Of a stretch of DNA of 64,000 nucleotides, positions 62,941 through 64,000 are shown one piece after another; position 1 is the first letter of the stretch, and every line of letters starts with the position of its first letter. The position numbers and the translations under genes were made by a program. The notes under the pieces were generated by a model. The model did no database searches. It had not been told where the DNA came from and saw nothing but the letters and a program-made list of their open reading frames with translations. The DNA lies in NCBI GenBank assembly GCA_003971905.1, contig RSEE01000015.1, forward strand, positions 620,001-684,000, written 5' to 3'. Source of the DNA: Moniliella sp. 'wahieum' (lineage: Eukaryota).

Positions 62941-63461
62941 TCATTCGACAATCTTTATTCCCATGGACCTGCACGAGCCAGCGACGCAACGCGCCATAGC
63001 CTCCAGCGTCAAGTTGGTTTTCTTGGCGCCTTCAACGCCAGCCAACTTGATCTCAGCAATGTGGTAGATCTGCTTCATGCTAACTGTGCCAGCAATCTCC
63101 GAACCGGGGCGGGAAGATCCCTTTTCGATCCCAGCCGCTTTCTTGATCAGCCAGGAGGTTTGAGGTGCTACAAGAGGAAAAACCAGAGGGTGTGTGTCAG
63201 TGGGGATCATCAAGTCTATGCAAAGACGAAAAGACACAGGAAGGAAAACGCACTCTTAATGTCAAACGTAAACGTCCGGTCGGGGGCAATGAAGACCTTG
63301 ACGGGCAGGGGGATGTCGGGCAGGACGTGGGCGGTGCGGGCGTTGAACTGCTTGGCAAAGTCAATGGCTTTGACACCATTGGAACCGAGCACGGGGCCTA
63401 CAGGTGGCTGGGCCGAAGCCTTGCCGGCCGGCACGATCAAGCGAACCCACTTGGTAGCCAT
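62941..63461 (-). CDS. MRPL19: Mitochondrial ribosomal protein uL11m
   Basis: [21 protein letters not shown]...FAKQFNART; intron 63168..63253; [13 protein letters not shown]...[12 protein letters not shown]. Confidence 0.93.
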
Positions 63462-63757
63462 GCTGGGGGATGGACTGTGGTTGACGGTCGCCTGGCCAAT
63501 GCTTCCGCCGCCAAAACTTCGAAGGAGAAGGCGGAATCGCGGCGAGGAGGGCGGGGGCGCGGCGGAACGGGGTATGAAATTTCAGCGGGGCGGACATCGC
63601 GGCCGTTTTCTCTCGGTGGAAAAAGGGGAGAAGCGGAGGGCGTGCAACTACGGGAAAAGAGAGCTATGGCACCATCCCTCTGCCCTGACTCGGTGCACGA
63701 GCCCACCACCCTCCCCCCTCTCCTTCGCCTTTGCCAGTCCCTGCGCCTCCGTCCGAC

Positions 63758-64000
63758 ATGAACCCTTCTACTGTGGTGGCCCGCACGCTGCGCCTCGGCA
63801 TGATCCTGCCGACGGCATTGGCCGTGAGGTGCTCCCTGCGGCCCAGCGTGTCCTCACCGCCACCCCAGGTGCTCCCAAGTGTGACTTTATCCATCTCGAG
63901 TCTGGGTTCGAGCTGTTCCAAAAGACGGGCACTGCGCTTCCCGCCGAAACGGTCGCCGCGCTCAAGGATGGGTGCGATGGTGCCATGTTTGGTGCGGTGA
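63758..64000 (+). CDS. LYS12: Homoisocitrate dehydrogenase (beta-decarboxylating dehydrogenase family), 5' part only
   Basis: Stitched reading RTLRLGMI..DGIGREVLPAAQRVL...GFELFQKTGTALPAETV...CDGAMFGAV; truncated by the window end. Confidence 0.8.
   Translation: MNPSTVVARTLRLGMILPTALAVRCSLRPSVSSPPPQVLPSVTLSISSLGSSCSKRRALRFPPKRSPRSRMGAMVPCLVR

Overview
Gene-dense, GC-rich, intron-poor fungal genomic DNA. Basidiomycete origin is an inference from the gene set, the short GTRYGT...CTRAC...YAG introns and protein similarity as I recall it. Almost every conserved gene is split by 1-bp frameshifts, most likely uncorrected long-read indels, so CDS limits are stitched from several ORFs and are approximate. 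I recognise about 25 protein genes: CENP-B-like HTH protein, alkaline phosphatase, PalB/Rim13 calpain, Abp1, a thioredoxin-fold protein, phosphofructokinase, a bZIP factor, Dbf4, eIF3c, a GPI-type alpha/beta-hydrolase-like protein, Ent3 epsin, Erg3, CCT3, EMC1, Pym, a Zn2Cys6 factor, Met6, two cystinosin paralogues flanking a divergent pyruvate kinase, mitochondrial uL11 and the start of homoisocitrate dehydrogenase. There is also an intron-containing tRNA-Ser(GCT). Most notable: (1) a recurrent intergenic pattern TGA-[4-bp palindrome]-TGA with 7-bp period, seen at about 25 loci with 12 different cores; (2) an intact 1.39-kb non-autonomous LTR element (TRIM-like) with a 5-bp TSD upstream of PFK; (3) a candidate 47-aa zinc-ribbon microprotein gene with a TATA box and 5'UTR intron; (4) a pyruvate kinase with a hybrid K+-site signature between duplicated cystinosins next to MET6.
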